Assembly: GCF_964204645.1 (NCBI RefSeq)
Contig: NC_134027.1
Span: forward strand, 23,088,560-23,152,559
Direction: 5' to 3'
DNA length: 64,000 bases
From: Tubulanus polymorphus
Lineage: Eukaryota; Animalia; Nemertea
Made by a program: the position numbers and the translations under genes
Shown here: positions 25,901-36,600 of the stretch, one piece after another
Position numbering within the stretch: the first letter of the stretch is position 1
Layout: each line of letters opens with the position of its first letter
Notes under the pieces: generated by a model
Seen by the model: only the letters and a program-made list of their open reading frames with translations
Databases searched by the model: none
Told to the model about the DNA's origin: nothing

Positions 25901-28900
25901 CACTCCATCTGTTGATTATTGTTAAATAATACATGATCTGCCGGTTTCTTCACCATTGTCAGCGATGTTGCTTGAACTAGAAATAATTTGTTTCAATATT
26001 CTCATAATCCGAGGATGGTGACGAAACAAAATCACGTCAAAAATAGAATCACATTCACTTCACGAGGTTACGAGTTATTTGTAAACAATGTACAGTACTT
26101 ACAGTTGACAGTTAATATGAATTTATTAGAAATCATTGGTGTTGATATACCAGCCCCAGAAGCTGCACATTGGTATTCTGCCTGGTTATCTGTTTTAGTG
26201 ACGGATGTTGAATATGTTAGAGGGCTAACTCCCTGTTTCACAGTGCTGCCCCCTGTAGTTATGGTGAGGTTCGGTACCGGGTTACCCCCTGTAGCTGTAC
26301 ACGTGAAGTCAACGGAAATGGAATCCCGGACTGGTGACGTCGGTCCTTGTAATGCAACACTGCTTGGCGGATCTGAAATGGACGAGAAAAATATTTCGCC
26401 AGCGGAAAAAAATTGAAGGTTTGAAGCCGAAACGTCAAGATTCAAAATAGAACGAATTTCATATAAATTCTCAATTCACTCTCATTAATGAACCTCTACG
26501 TGTAGTTTAGAAACAGGTTTCATTTGGTAAATAATCCGGTGCGAAATATTTTCGAATGATCTGAAATGATATATTTTAGAACTAATGTATTTTAAACTTA
26601 CAGTGAACAGTAATTGTTGTATCTTTGTAAATACTTCCAGTTTGACATCTGTATTGAGCCTGATTCATGGTTTTAGTCGCAGTAATAGATAATATACTAG
26701 TAGTCACAAACCCGTGATTGGTTCCAGTAGTTTGATTCGTAGCTGGTTGAGAGACAAGTGGTGTCCATGTTGTAGAGGAATATGTGAACCACTGAATCTG
26801 TACAGCCGGGTTTGAAGAGTCAGTTTTACACTCTATCTGTTGATTATGGTTTACTAATACATAATCTGCCGGTTTCTTCACCATTTTCAGCGTTGTTGCT
26901 TGAACTAGAAATCATTTGTTTCGATATTGTCAAAATCCGTGTGTGTTGACGAAACAAAATTATGTCAAAAATAGAACCGCAATTGCTTCATGGGAATAAC
27001 GAGTAATTTGTAAATTATCTGCAGTACTTACAGTTGACAGTTAATCTAACTTTATTTGAAATCATTGGTGTCGGTATACCAGCCCCAGTAGCTGTACATT
27101 GATATTCTGCCTGGTTATCTGCTTTAGTGACGGATGTGGAATATGTTAGAGGGTTTATTCCCTGTTTCACAGTGCTGCCCTCTGGTGTTCTAGTTATGGC
27201 GAGGTTCGGCTTCGGGTTACCCCCGGTAGCTGTACACGTTAAGATAACAGTTGCAGATACCTGAACGGGTGACGTCGGTCCTTGTAATTTAACATTACCT
27301 GGCGGGTCTGAAATTAAAAGTGTTAAAAAGCGATTTTCTTGATCGATGAGTTATATGTACAACAGCAACAGATTATTCTGTACAATTTCATATTTCAGAT
27401 TTCCTGCCCAGATTCATTTGGAATGCATTAAAAATCATATTTATTCCAAGCATAAGCTTTTGCATGAAGCTTTTTACGGAGTTATTTCTCAGATTCAAAT
27501 GGATATAAAATATGAAGTATCGAGTCAAGTCATTCGTCGAGTCAAGTCATCAACAATGCATTCGCATGAATAAATTTCTCGTACGTTATTGATGATTTAA
27601 TTCTTGCGGTTCGCTGGTAAGCTGCCGTATATTCTTTAAAGCCGCAACTCACCCGATCACAATCGTAACGAATAGACTTCATGTAGAGAAAATACGGTGA
27701 ATATCGATCGATGGGAAGATTCATTTGAATGAAATATGTATATCTGTTATAATTAATGGGACATAAGGGGTCTAGAACACACCCGATTGAATAGGGTAAA
27801 TATGCCTGAGAAGAGTCCGCGGTTAAAGGATAAACGCGTTTAGATTAATATTTTGTGGTAATCTGACGATATTTTCTTGCCTACTTCATCATTCTTGATA
27901 ATTGCTTTATCCCGATGTGACAAAATGTCATTTGATAAGGATAGAATCTGAAACTTTAACATAATTCTGCCTCATAAATGCACTTCATAATAAACTCCGT
28001 AAAGGAGTCGCGCGCGTTTCCCTCAGCTTTCAACGCAGATATAGGTTATAGGTACCTATAAATATCTCGTTTCTTTATCGAAATCGATGAAACACAGATT
28101 TGAAAAACGAACTCCTTTGAATCCATTGACTGGGTTATTTCTAACAAATTTCTGTTACGAATTGCCTAATATGAATACTAGGTAAATCACGTGCGTTCAT
28201 CTATCTTAACGTAATACTTACATAGAACATTGATAGCAATACTACCAGCAACTGATCCTGCTATATTCGATACGTTACATGTATAAACACCTGAATCAGT
28301 TCTACTGATTCGTGTAAAACTGAGTTTATTATTAGACTGTCCTGATAGATTGGCACCACTCCATTTATACGTCAGTCCTGTAGCTCCAGACTGTGAACTG
28401 TCACATGTGATTGTTAATTGTGAATTCTCCTGTACTTTGACGATGTTGTCGATGGCGGCGGTTGGTTCCGATGTTAGAACTGGTCCACTCGGGGGCGCTG
28501 TAAATATGAAACTATATTGGAAACTACGGGGGTTTCGGTGGTTCATTTATTCATAGATTTAGGCAATTTTAAAGAAATCATCAACATAAAAATTAATACA
28601 TCAACATGAATCAGTTGTAGATCACAAAATATCCGTGATAAAACGATAAGAGTAAAATCCCACTATAAATGAATTGATAGATAAAAAGTTTAATTCGAAT
28701 GTAAGAAATATTACCCTCCTTCAGTCTAAAATGACTTTAAAAAAAACGCATGTACATAAATACATTGTCTATGCATGAAATAAGATACGAATTACTGCAC
28801 ATTAAGTAATGGGGACAGGAGTATTGACATATTTTGAAAAACAGATGTAATGGGGGCTGAAACCTTTATTGAGGTTGACAGAGAGTTCGGAATGAGTACA

Positions 28901-31900
28901 AATCAAAAGCGGATTCTTACTATGTGGTGTCTATAGTGAGATTGCTGTTTGGAAAAGCAATATTGGCTCCAGGGAATTCAAAAGTATGCCCGATTTGCAA
29001 AGAATAGAGACTACTAACCCCACATATCTAATTTCACCCTCTTAAAAGCATCTCGTTTATGTTCCTTGATTCTTCCCAGTTTCCCCAATATAAAAAGGTT
29101 ACAATCAGGACAGTGAGAACAGAACAGGAAAAGATACTTTTTTAGCTTTGTGAAGTGCTTTCTCTAAAACTTTGTCCGGGTATGCAAGTTTTTTTTCAAA
29201 AAAAGGTTGATTATGTTACTAGAATTTCAGCGTTGTGAACACATAAAGTGAAATTGACCCTGATTCTGGGGCATTTTTGAGCGGCCATAGCCCCTTAATG
29301 CCCCAACCAAAAAATGCAAGAAAGCACTTTTACCCGATAATTTATTTGGAAGTATTGAAATTTGCAATCAAACCTATTGTACGCTAAAATGGAATTGAAA
29401 CCCACCTTTGAGCTCTCCTTCCATCTAAAATATCATTGCCTTAAAGTTTTTATCACAAATCCTTAGAAGCTCCAAGGGAAAGACCCTGAACAACCACCAC
29501 TTTAAGGTAAGCTTGAGTGAATGGAAAGAAATTCAGGTACGATTCACAGCTAGTAAGTTTACGAAAAACAGAGAAACCTAATCTCGAATTAAGATTTTGT
29601 ATGAAAACATCCAAAAATGGGTTTTTTCCATCGAACTCCCACTCGAAGGTAAACTTCTAGGAAGGATGAATAAAGGCTCAAGTATAGTATACAGAAAAGT
29701 AGAACGATGAGACTTTTTACAAGCAAAAATCAATGCGCCAGAGATCAGTGTAGGTTAGTTTTACTTGCCGACATCGCCAACATTGCCGACATTGGGAAAG
29801 AGATATTTAATGTCGGTTAGTTTAACTTGCCGACATCGCCGACATTGCCGACATTGGGAAATAGATATTTAATGTTGGTGACCAAATCACTACTTCAGTT
29901 TCTATATAATCATACACCGGAGGAACTACAATCCCATATACTATACTTGATCCTAAATAAAGGGAATTAAGAAATGTCAAAAGATGTCAAGGATGAGATC
30001 AGTTGACACTAAACATAAAATATAATCGACATAACTGCGCCATAGAAGAGGCGCGAATATAGGGTAAAATTTCAGATTCAATGTGTTCTAAGAAAAGGTT
30101 AGCTAGAGTAGGCGATAGAGGCCCGTAGCGAAATCATATTGCGCAAAGAAAATGCCATCAAATTGAAAATAGGCTCTTCTAGCGCATAATTCTAAAATAT
30201 CAACGAGACAGTTAACTGAGGCAGGAAAATTCAAATTACAGGACGGGAGTTTGCGTCTGATAAAATCTGAAGTGAGTTGCAGAGGGATCTATGCTGTGAA
30301 TAGAGAGACTGTGTCAAAAGAAATGAACTTGTTGGCATTAAGGGTAACGTGACGTCTTGTAGTAAATCAATATCATGTTTGATATGAGAACCAGAGAACG
30401 AACCAACAAAGGAGAAAGCGTTTTTTCAATCGAGGATCCAGAAAGATATCAAGAGGGAGAGCCCCTTCTTGAGATGATAAGATGCGTAAAGGGACGTTAC
30501 TTTTACGAATCTTAGGGGGCGGTAAGGGTAAGTCGGTAAGCTGGGTAATCGGCTGGTCAATTTCATAATAAATTTATCATCAGTAGGATGTTTACATATA
30601 CTGTGTATTTATTTGGGCAGTCATTTTAGACTGAAGAAGGGTGACAGCAATCACCCGATAGGCTATGTTTCTAATATTTCAAATATTAAACAAGTTAGCA
30701 ATCAATTCCTTTATTGCGGGATTTTATTCTTATCAATCAACATGCTGCAAATGATTAGAGTACGTGTAAAATGTTAAACGTTTTACTCACGCTAATTTAA
30801 TTAATAAAGCTTTAACGTTATTACTCGTCACATTTTTTAACTCGCAGTCAGTGAATTGTTCAAACCCAGATCACATGGTGAATGCAATTTCACAGTCACT
30901 CTTCATCACTGAACACGATAAGAGAAAAATGAGATATTATTGAACTTTTTATCATGCTTACCTATAACAGTTATTATTGCGTTACTATTTGGAAAAGAGT
31001 TCATGTAATCACACTTCCACATTCCAGAATCGGTCATCCGTACATTAGTGATACGTAAACCATAGCGTCCAGCTGTGACGTCACATTGTCCAGTGTACCG
31101 GGATTCAGTGATAGTTCCACGAGGACAGTTTGTCTCGTCAAACGCAAACTGTCCCGATTGGCCAGACATTGTTATTCTGAAACCGCATAAATGTTTACCG
31201 GGTGGTGAAACCTGACATTGTACGACAGTGGTGCCACCTAGTTTTAAAACTGCTGGTGTTACAACTGTCGTGATTGTCGTATCCGATGCGTCTATACAGT
31301 TCTGCTGTTGTCCTAGAAATATTCAAAACCCTCATATATATAATTTGTTGACCAATCAAAACCTTAGGCATGATGTCAAATGTTGTTGCTACACATGTAT
31401 TAAGTCCCAAAAAGGCGATCAGCAATCGTATTAACCGCATTGATTTACTATGGAAATGAGACATAGGGACCGAAAATTTTCATCGTTTTAAACGGATTTT
31501 TCATGTCATCGAGTTTGCATTTTTACTAGTTATTTGTACAAATCATTGCCATACAGCGAGTTTCGTAATAGCACGTCTCGTATTAACGAGGTTCCACTGT
31601 ATATAGACCATACGACGATCTCTAGAGAGAGTTCGAAACTTGGTACGTTTACAAAGAGGATTCAGTGACGAAAATCTGGTAAAGATGCATTGAGCGCTAC
31701 AGCGTCTAGTGTTATAATATCTGTTGCTTTTCGGTTTTTATGAGAACAAATTGAATACTCCTGTTAAATAGAATCTTTGTTCGTTATCATTTTTCTTCTT
31801 TTTACACAGTTGGAAATTTAAGAAAATGTCATGAAATGCGCATTGTCAGTAATGGATCAGGTGATTGATGAAATTAGTGTAAATCGGGGTTTGAAACTGC

Positions 31901-32701
31901 CATTTGCTCTGACAGCGGTTAATTCGGCAACGATCGACAATTCAAAAAAGCAAAAACCTGGCTCCCTCATGCCATCTTTACTGCATTTTCTACCTAAATC
32001 AAAATATATGAAACGCCAGGCTCATCGTCAATCCTACTTGCATTTCACGGTAGAAATATGCCTCCCGCGTCACTTTGAGAAACCAGTGCGTGATGAGAAA
32101 CACGGTATGAATTTTGAATGGCCTTAATTAGTGGTAGTATTTACCTGCTGTAGATCTAACGCAGAGAACAACAATCACAAACACACACCAAACTACCGGT
32201 ACATTCTGAATATATATTAGAACAATAAATTACTTGTGTTTGTCATAACCAAAATTTTCATTTCAAAATCAATTAAATCGACGTCTCTTTGAAACGTGTT
32301 GATGGACTTAAAAACTATTTAACTATTTATAACCATATGTTTGTAATCGAAAGCAGTAATGCTAGATCTATTGACGAATAAGCCGCCTGATCTCTCTAAA
32401 CTCAAAATTGTTTGAACCATTTATCAATGGAATGAAGCCTTTGCTTTGATTATGGAGAGCCTTCAAATAAAGTCAAGTCGTGTGTAAATTCGTTTGAGTA
32501 ACTTATGAATCTGAATATATTATAGAACTATCGATTATTTTGAATAGAAAATCAATGTATGGAACTAACATAATTGTCTTACAGTTGAAAGGTGGCTGTG
32601 CTGGCTATTAGTAATGAGGCCAGTCGCCTATGCGTGTCTACGATTGTACTGCATTTATATATACGCCTAAATGCACTTACTTGGATGCGTTGGTCGTTCA
32701 T
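16606..32701 (-). CDS. Gene B: complete IgSF receptor, ~1454 aa (SP-V-a-b-c-b-c-d-d-f-FN3-X-TM-long Tyr-motif tail)
   Basis: 23 exons: 32681-32701, 32145-32205, 30962-31312, 28222-28497, 27032-27307, 26602-26904, 26103-26372, 25674-25976, 25231-25557, 22956-23282, 21929-22201, 21286-21591, 20520-20798, 20182-20320, 20011-20072, 19847-19924, 19398-19424, 19005-19031, 18575-18628, 17845-17916, 17587-17658, 17298-17402, 16606-16961; lengths sum to 4365 nt in frame. Confidence 0.88.
17298..17402 (-). CDS. Gene B tail exon (EPLYSQVDKNKKRK)
   Basis: cag/gtgagt, phase 1-1. Confidence 0.8.
17587..17658 (-). CDS. Gene B tail exon (DPIYSNVDKSKKKK), duplicate 2
   Basis: 72 nt, cag/gtgaaa. Confidence 0.72.
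17845..17916 (-). CDS. Gene B tail exon (DPIYSNVDKSKKKK), duplicate 1
   Basis: 72 nt, cag/gtaaaa; part of a 258-bp tandem duplication. Confidence 0.75.
18575..18628 (-). CDS. Gene B tail micro-exon (GEPIYAQVDKKKKRNQNQ)
   Basis: 54 nt, tttcag/gtaaac. Confidence 0.8.
19005..19031 (-). CDS. Gene B tail micro-exon (VSEDGVKKT)
   Basis: 27 nt, cag/gtaaga. Confidence 0.6.
19398..19424 (-). CDS. Gene B tail micro-exon (DPYSNIDDL)
   Basis: 27 nt, tttcag/gtaagc. Confidence 0.68.
19847..19924 (-). CDS. Gene B tail exon (GDVYARVNKKPKSPP)
   Basis: 78 nt, tag/gtaatg. Confidence 0.75.
20011..20072 (-). CDS. Gene B tail exon (SPASVPPPNYNDI; PPxY)
   Basis: 62 nt, phase 2-1, matching the phase-2 TM donor. 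Confidence 0.75.
20182..20320 (-). CDS. Gene B transmembrane exon
   Basis: VALIGGVVVGVLLLALIVIVFVLLFV-KRRR stop-transfer; GxxxG. Confidence 0.88.
20520..20798 (-). CDS. Gene B exon, FN3-like stalk domain X
   Basis: AIPSAINTVLKQ..YVKYCIKHTNEC..IDPDKAYSYKLIV. Confidence 0.85.
21286..21591 (-). CDS. Gene B exon, fibronectin type III domain
   Basis: GPPQTPSNL..VTLSW..F.GG..ITGLKPSTDYQFKVKSVN. Confidence 0.93.
21929..22201 (-). CDS. Gene B exon, Ig module f
   Basis: DAPQLSSQVEPVAANIGES..DYGSYSCRLNNSVG. Confidence 0.9.
22956..23282 (-). CDS. Gene B exon, Ig module d (2nd)
   Basis: PPESITLTEIPNGPVVHGTSKTLTC; 327 nt. Confidence 0.9.
23720..24404. mobile_element. MITE with ~90 bp TIRs (TACGACGGCGTCCTAG)
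   Basis: Clear terminal inverted repeats; internal hairpin ~23882-23931. Confidence 0.8.
24972..25060 (-). pseudogene. Remnant module-c exon truncated at a perfect 36-bp palindrome
   Basis: VKKRADYVLVNNSQQIECKT, then GTAAAACCAGGGAGGTGGCCACCTCCCTGGTTTTAC (24972-25007). Confidence 0.75.
25231..25557 (-). CDS. Gene B exon, Ig module d (1st)
   Basis: PPESMTLTEIPNGPVVQGTSKTLTC. Confidence 0.9.
25674..25976 (-). CDS. Gene B exon, Ig module c (2nd)
   Basis: KKPADHVLFNNNQQMECTTDSSNP. Confidence 0.9.
26103..26372 (-). CDS. Gene B exon, Ig module b (2nd, 2-codon deletion)
   Basis: DPPSSVALQGPTSPVRDS..; 270 nt. Confidence 0.88.
26602..26904 (-). CDS. Gene B exon, Ig module c (1st)
   Basis: KKPADYVLVNHNQQIECKTDSSNP. 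Confidence 0.9.
27032..27307 (-). CDS. Gene B exon, Ig module b (1st)
   Basis: PPGNVKLQGPTSPVQVSATVILTCTATGGNP; not in the ORF track but open. Confidence 0.88.
28222..28497 (-). CDS. Gene B exon, Ig module a
   Basis: APPSGPVLTSEP..VQENSQLTITC..DSGVYTC. Confidence 0.9.
28600..30740. mobile_element. Old TIR element in the V-a intron of gene B (same insertion as in A and C)
   Basis: Inverted ends gataagagtaaaatccc..cttcagtctaaaatgact / agtcattttagactgaag..gggattttattcttatc; boundaries approximate. Confidence 0.6.
29675..29953. mobile_element. Nested MITE (GGCTCAAGTATAGT TIR) with internal ~62-bp tandem repeat
   Basis: TIRs, imperfect 8-bp TSD tgaataaa/taaataaa; absent at the homologous site in A (~8400). 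Confidence 0.7.
30962..31312 (-). CDS. Gene B exon, atypical V-like Ig domain
   Basis: GQQQNCIDASD..VQCQVSPPGKHLCGFR..TDSGMWKCDY. Confidence 0.9.
32145..32205 (-). CDS. Gene B leader exon 2
   Basis: NVPVVWCVFVIVVLCVRSTA(G). Confidence 0.85.
32681..32701 (-). CDS. Gene B leader exon 1
   Basis: MNDQRIQ|gtaagt. Confidence 0.7.
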
Positions 32702-33634
32702 TTTTTTCCAAATATCCTTGCGATCAACATATCGATTATTTTGAAAGTTGGACTTAAGTTTTCAAGTATAAACACCGCTTCCTTTCAACGTCGCAATCAA
32801 ACACGTATGTCAAACCTAAGCCTAACGATTGCGAGGTAATAGAATCACGTAGACGAACACAAACCGGTAATCCAAATTTAGAAAACGTCTAATCAAAGAG
32901 AAACTTCGAAACTGAAAACGTCTGGTCGATTTTCACTTCCTGGTCGCATTATACACACTAGATTTATATCTACACATACCTACATACAATGTAGACCTAC
33001 CCGCGGCGTATGTGCCTAGTTGACAGCAGTACGAGTTACTTGACGACATTCTTCTGATTTATAATGCCTACACTCTATACATAAACAGCGGCATTATAGT
33101 CCTATATTCTTGAAGGTTATTGATTAAGTATCTTTGTTCATTGTGGGAAAACCCACGCAGTATAGGTCTTGTATTTTCGTGTAAACATCGGCATTCAACA
33201 CTGAATATCGATGATGAAACTGATTCTTGTCGGTATCATTCGCTATATTTACCTAACTTCCTGGTCGGAATAGAAATACGTCTTTTTTAAGTATTCATTC
33301 GACAGAAATTCTAAGCGCTCTTCATCCTGTCAATACGTAGATCAGCAATTTGCTTGAATGTTGTAAGTTAATCGTTTTACTATGAAGTCTAAATTTAAAA
33401 ATATCTTCCTTTCGCTTTGCTCTTGTTTTTTTTTATTTACGTAACGAAGGCCACAAAACTCAATTGCTAAAGGTCAGAAAAACACTTTATTTTTTTCAGT
33501 GTTATCACATTCGATTATAGTTACAGTTTCTTTATTTGTAATGATATTTGTCTAAAGTATTCGTTATGTTATGATATTTGTATACTATTTTCTTATTGAA
33601 GGTATTCTGTGGTTCTTTGAAAAGCATATAGAGC
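32702..33634. promoter_or_regulatory. Putative bidirectional promoter between B and C
   Basis: ~930 bp between divergent ATGs; GAAACTGAAA 32908-32917, EICE-like TTTCACTTCC 32931-32940, Rel/Dorsal-type GGGAAAACCC 33145-33154, Ets ACTTCCTG 33256-33263. Confidence 0.6.
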
Positions 33635-36600
33635 ATGTATGGAAAGGTAAGGACGAGAGCTACCATATGTATTTCATCCAAATTCATTTTTGTAGATTAA
33701 ATCTATGCAGTTCCATTGATTAACTGAACCTTGTGACTGATAAGTGCGTGGTAAATCATTATCGATCGAGATCCAAACGAAAACCGATTTCGAAGCCGAT
33801 ATCCCACGTGACAAATTTAAGTAATGGTTTGACAGTGTTATTTATCAACAAATTTTTTTGATTAACAAATTTACATCTAGCGCAGACAGCCACCCCTGAT
33901 ATTCTAACATCGAGCAGATTGTGAAATCACGCTGCTTCGGTACATTATCTTCATTACAGAAGTGTTTGGCAGGGATTGTGGTATCATTTCTAATGTGGAC
34001 AGGAATAAACGGTAATATATATAGTACAAATTACTACTCGCAAAGCCGACCACAAGTGACATGATTAATTCATTTTGCATTGTGCATGTAACAAAAATCA
34101 TTAGAAGACATGCAGTCATCGGCTTTTCATGAGATTTGACATCAGGATAAAAGTTCCTTAATCCATTAGTAAGAACGCCCTAATCCGTGTACGCTGTAGA
34201 TGATTGAAGAAATCCCGCAATTCGAATTTGAATGAAAATTTTACTTTTTTATCGTAAAAAAATTGAATTGTGGGATTTCTTCTATTAATTCCTTAATCCA
34301 CTTAGTATCCATAATGACAGAATATTTAATGCATAATCCTGTGTGTTTTCAAAGCAAATTTGATTTTGAGAAGTTTTGTATATCCTCTACCCGACCACCA
34401 TTACGATTTCCACAAATTTCCACTCGGACTCACTTCAGCGTATCAAGGCCAACTAATAGATTGACGCAGTTTATACTCAAATCAGATGACCTGATACGTT
34501 TCGTAATTCAATTCTTGAAACGATTACTCGGACGCAATTTCATAAACGTCTTTCCTGATAAAAGTATACCAAGAAATGCACTGTTAATGATATCTTGAGC
34601 AAATACAATCTGTAAGCAACGTTGCTAGAATGTTTTGACATCATATGAATGATTTCATGCGAAGTAAGTAATGAATAAATCATGTATCTAAAATCACGTT
34701 GATCCAGTTTATAACCAGCCTTGCGTAAGTAGAAATCTGACTAATATCAAGTTTTTGTCACGAATTAATAATTCTTTGTGGATAGTTTCTCAACATTCTC
34801 CTCTGTATTTATAGAATTTATAGGCTTCGTATATTGACTTCAACTCGAGTTATTATGGACCAGTTGATATCTGTCTAAAGTCGACTATAAACAAACTTTC
34901 ATTTCCATTGAAAATTTCAGGTCAGCAACAGAACTGTATCGACGCAGCGGATACGACGCTCACGACAGTTGCAACACCGGCAGTTGTAAAACTAGGTGGC
35001 ACCACTGTCGTACTTTGTCAGGTTTCACCACCCGGTAAACATTTCTGCGGTTTCAGAATAACAATATCTGGCCAATCGGGACAGTTTCGGTTTGATAAGA
35101 CAAACTGTCCTCGTGGAACTATGACTGGGTATACTGGACAATGTGACGTCACAGCAGGACGCTATGGTATACGTATCACTAATGTACGGATGATTGATTC
35201 TGGAATGTGGAATTGTGATTACATGAACTCTTTTCCAAATAGTAACACAAGAATTACTGTAGTAGGTAAGAATGATACAAAATTAAATGATATCTCATTT
35301 CTCCTATCGTGTTCAGTGATGAAGAGTGACTGTGAAATTGCATTCACCATGTGATCTGGGTTTGAACAATTCAATGACTGCGAGTTAAAAAATGTGACGA
35401 ATAAAAACGTAAAAGCTTTATTAATTAAATAAACGTGAGTAAAACGTGTAACATTTTACACATGCTCCAATTGCCTTCTCCAATATAAAATAACTGCCCA
35501 AATAAATACACAGTATATGTAAATATCCTACTGATGATAAATTTATTATGAAATTGACCAGCCGATTACCGACTTATCCTTACGCCCCCCCCCCCCCCCC
35601 TAAGATTCGTAAAAGTAATGTCCCTTTACGCATCCTATCATCTCAAGTAGGGTATCTCCCTCTTATTATCTTTCTGAATCGATTGCCAAAACGCTTTCTC
35701 TATTATTGGTTCGTTCTCTTGTTCTCATATCAAACACGATATGGATTTACTACAAGACGTCACATTACCCCTAATTGTAACAAGTTCATTTCTTTTGACA
35801 CAGTCTTTCTATTCACTTACATCCCTCTGGAACTCACTTCAGATTTTTTCAAACGTAAACTCCAGTCCTGAAATTTGAATTTTCCTGCCTCAGTTATTTG
35901 TCTCATTGCAGATCTTTTTGAATGATGTGCTAGAAGAGCCTATTTTCGATTTGATGGCATGTTTTATAGCAACATGATTTCGCTACGGGCAACCCCCTCA
36001 CACCTTTTTCAGCTATCTTTTTCCAAGAACACATTGAATCCTATTCTTAATTGGAACCTATTCTATGGCTGAATTATGTCGAATAAATGTTATAACTCCT
36101 GAACTGACATTTCTTCATTCTCTTTATCCTTCCTTGAAGTTTACCCCTGAGTCGAAAATCGATGGAAAATGCATTTTTTGGATGTCCTCATACACAATTT
36201 TAGATTAGCTTGAGATCAGGTTTCTCTGTTATTCGTAAACCTACGAACTGTGAATCCTACCTACATTTCTTTTCGTTCGATCCAACTTACCTTTAAGTGG
36301 CGAGCATTATTTTGGTTGGGGCATTAAGCGGCTATGCCCCAGAATCAGAGTCAATTCCAATTTCTGTACAACGCTGAAATTTTAGTGGTAACATACTTAA
36401 ACTTTTTTTAAACTTAAAAACCCGGTCAAAGTTTCAGAGCTTTACAAAGCCAAAAAGTATGTTTCTCTATACTTCACAACCCCGTTATCCTATTAACAAA
36501 GTTATTCCTTTTATCCCTTCCTTGTCTTGGCAAATTCAAACCTGTCCTTCGATTTTTGAATACCGATTTGATTTTTGCTCCATAATGCCCATTTTGAACC

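Noticed and set aside
25988-26416. Antisense ORFs over exons (also 20443-20802, 28350-28556, 38568-38855, 53564-53833, 16552-16806)
   Set aside because: Shadow frames of real Ig, X and tail exons on the opposite strand.
16606-32701. Assigning a known symbol (nephrin/NPHS1, hemicentin, Dscam, Siglec, Alr)
   Set aside because: Only architecture-level resemblance; orthology cannot be shown from sequence alone. No mutually exclusive Dscam-style exon arrays were seen.
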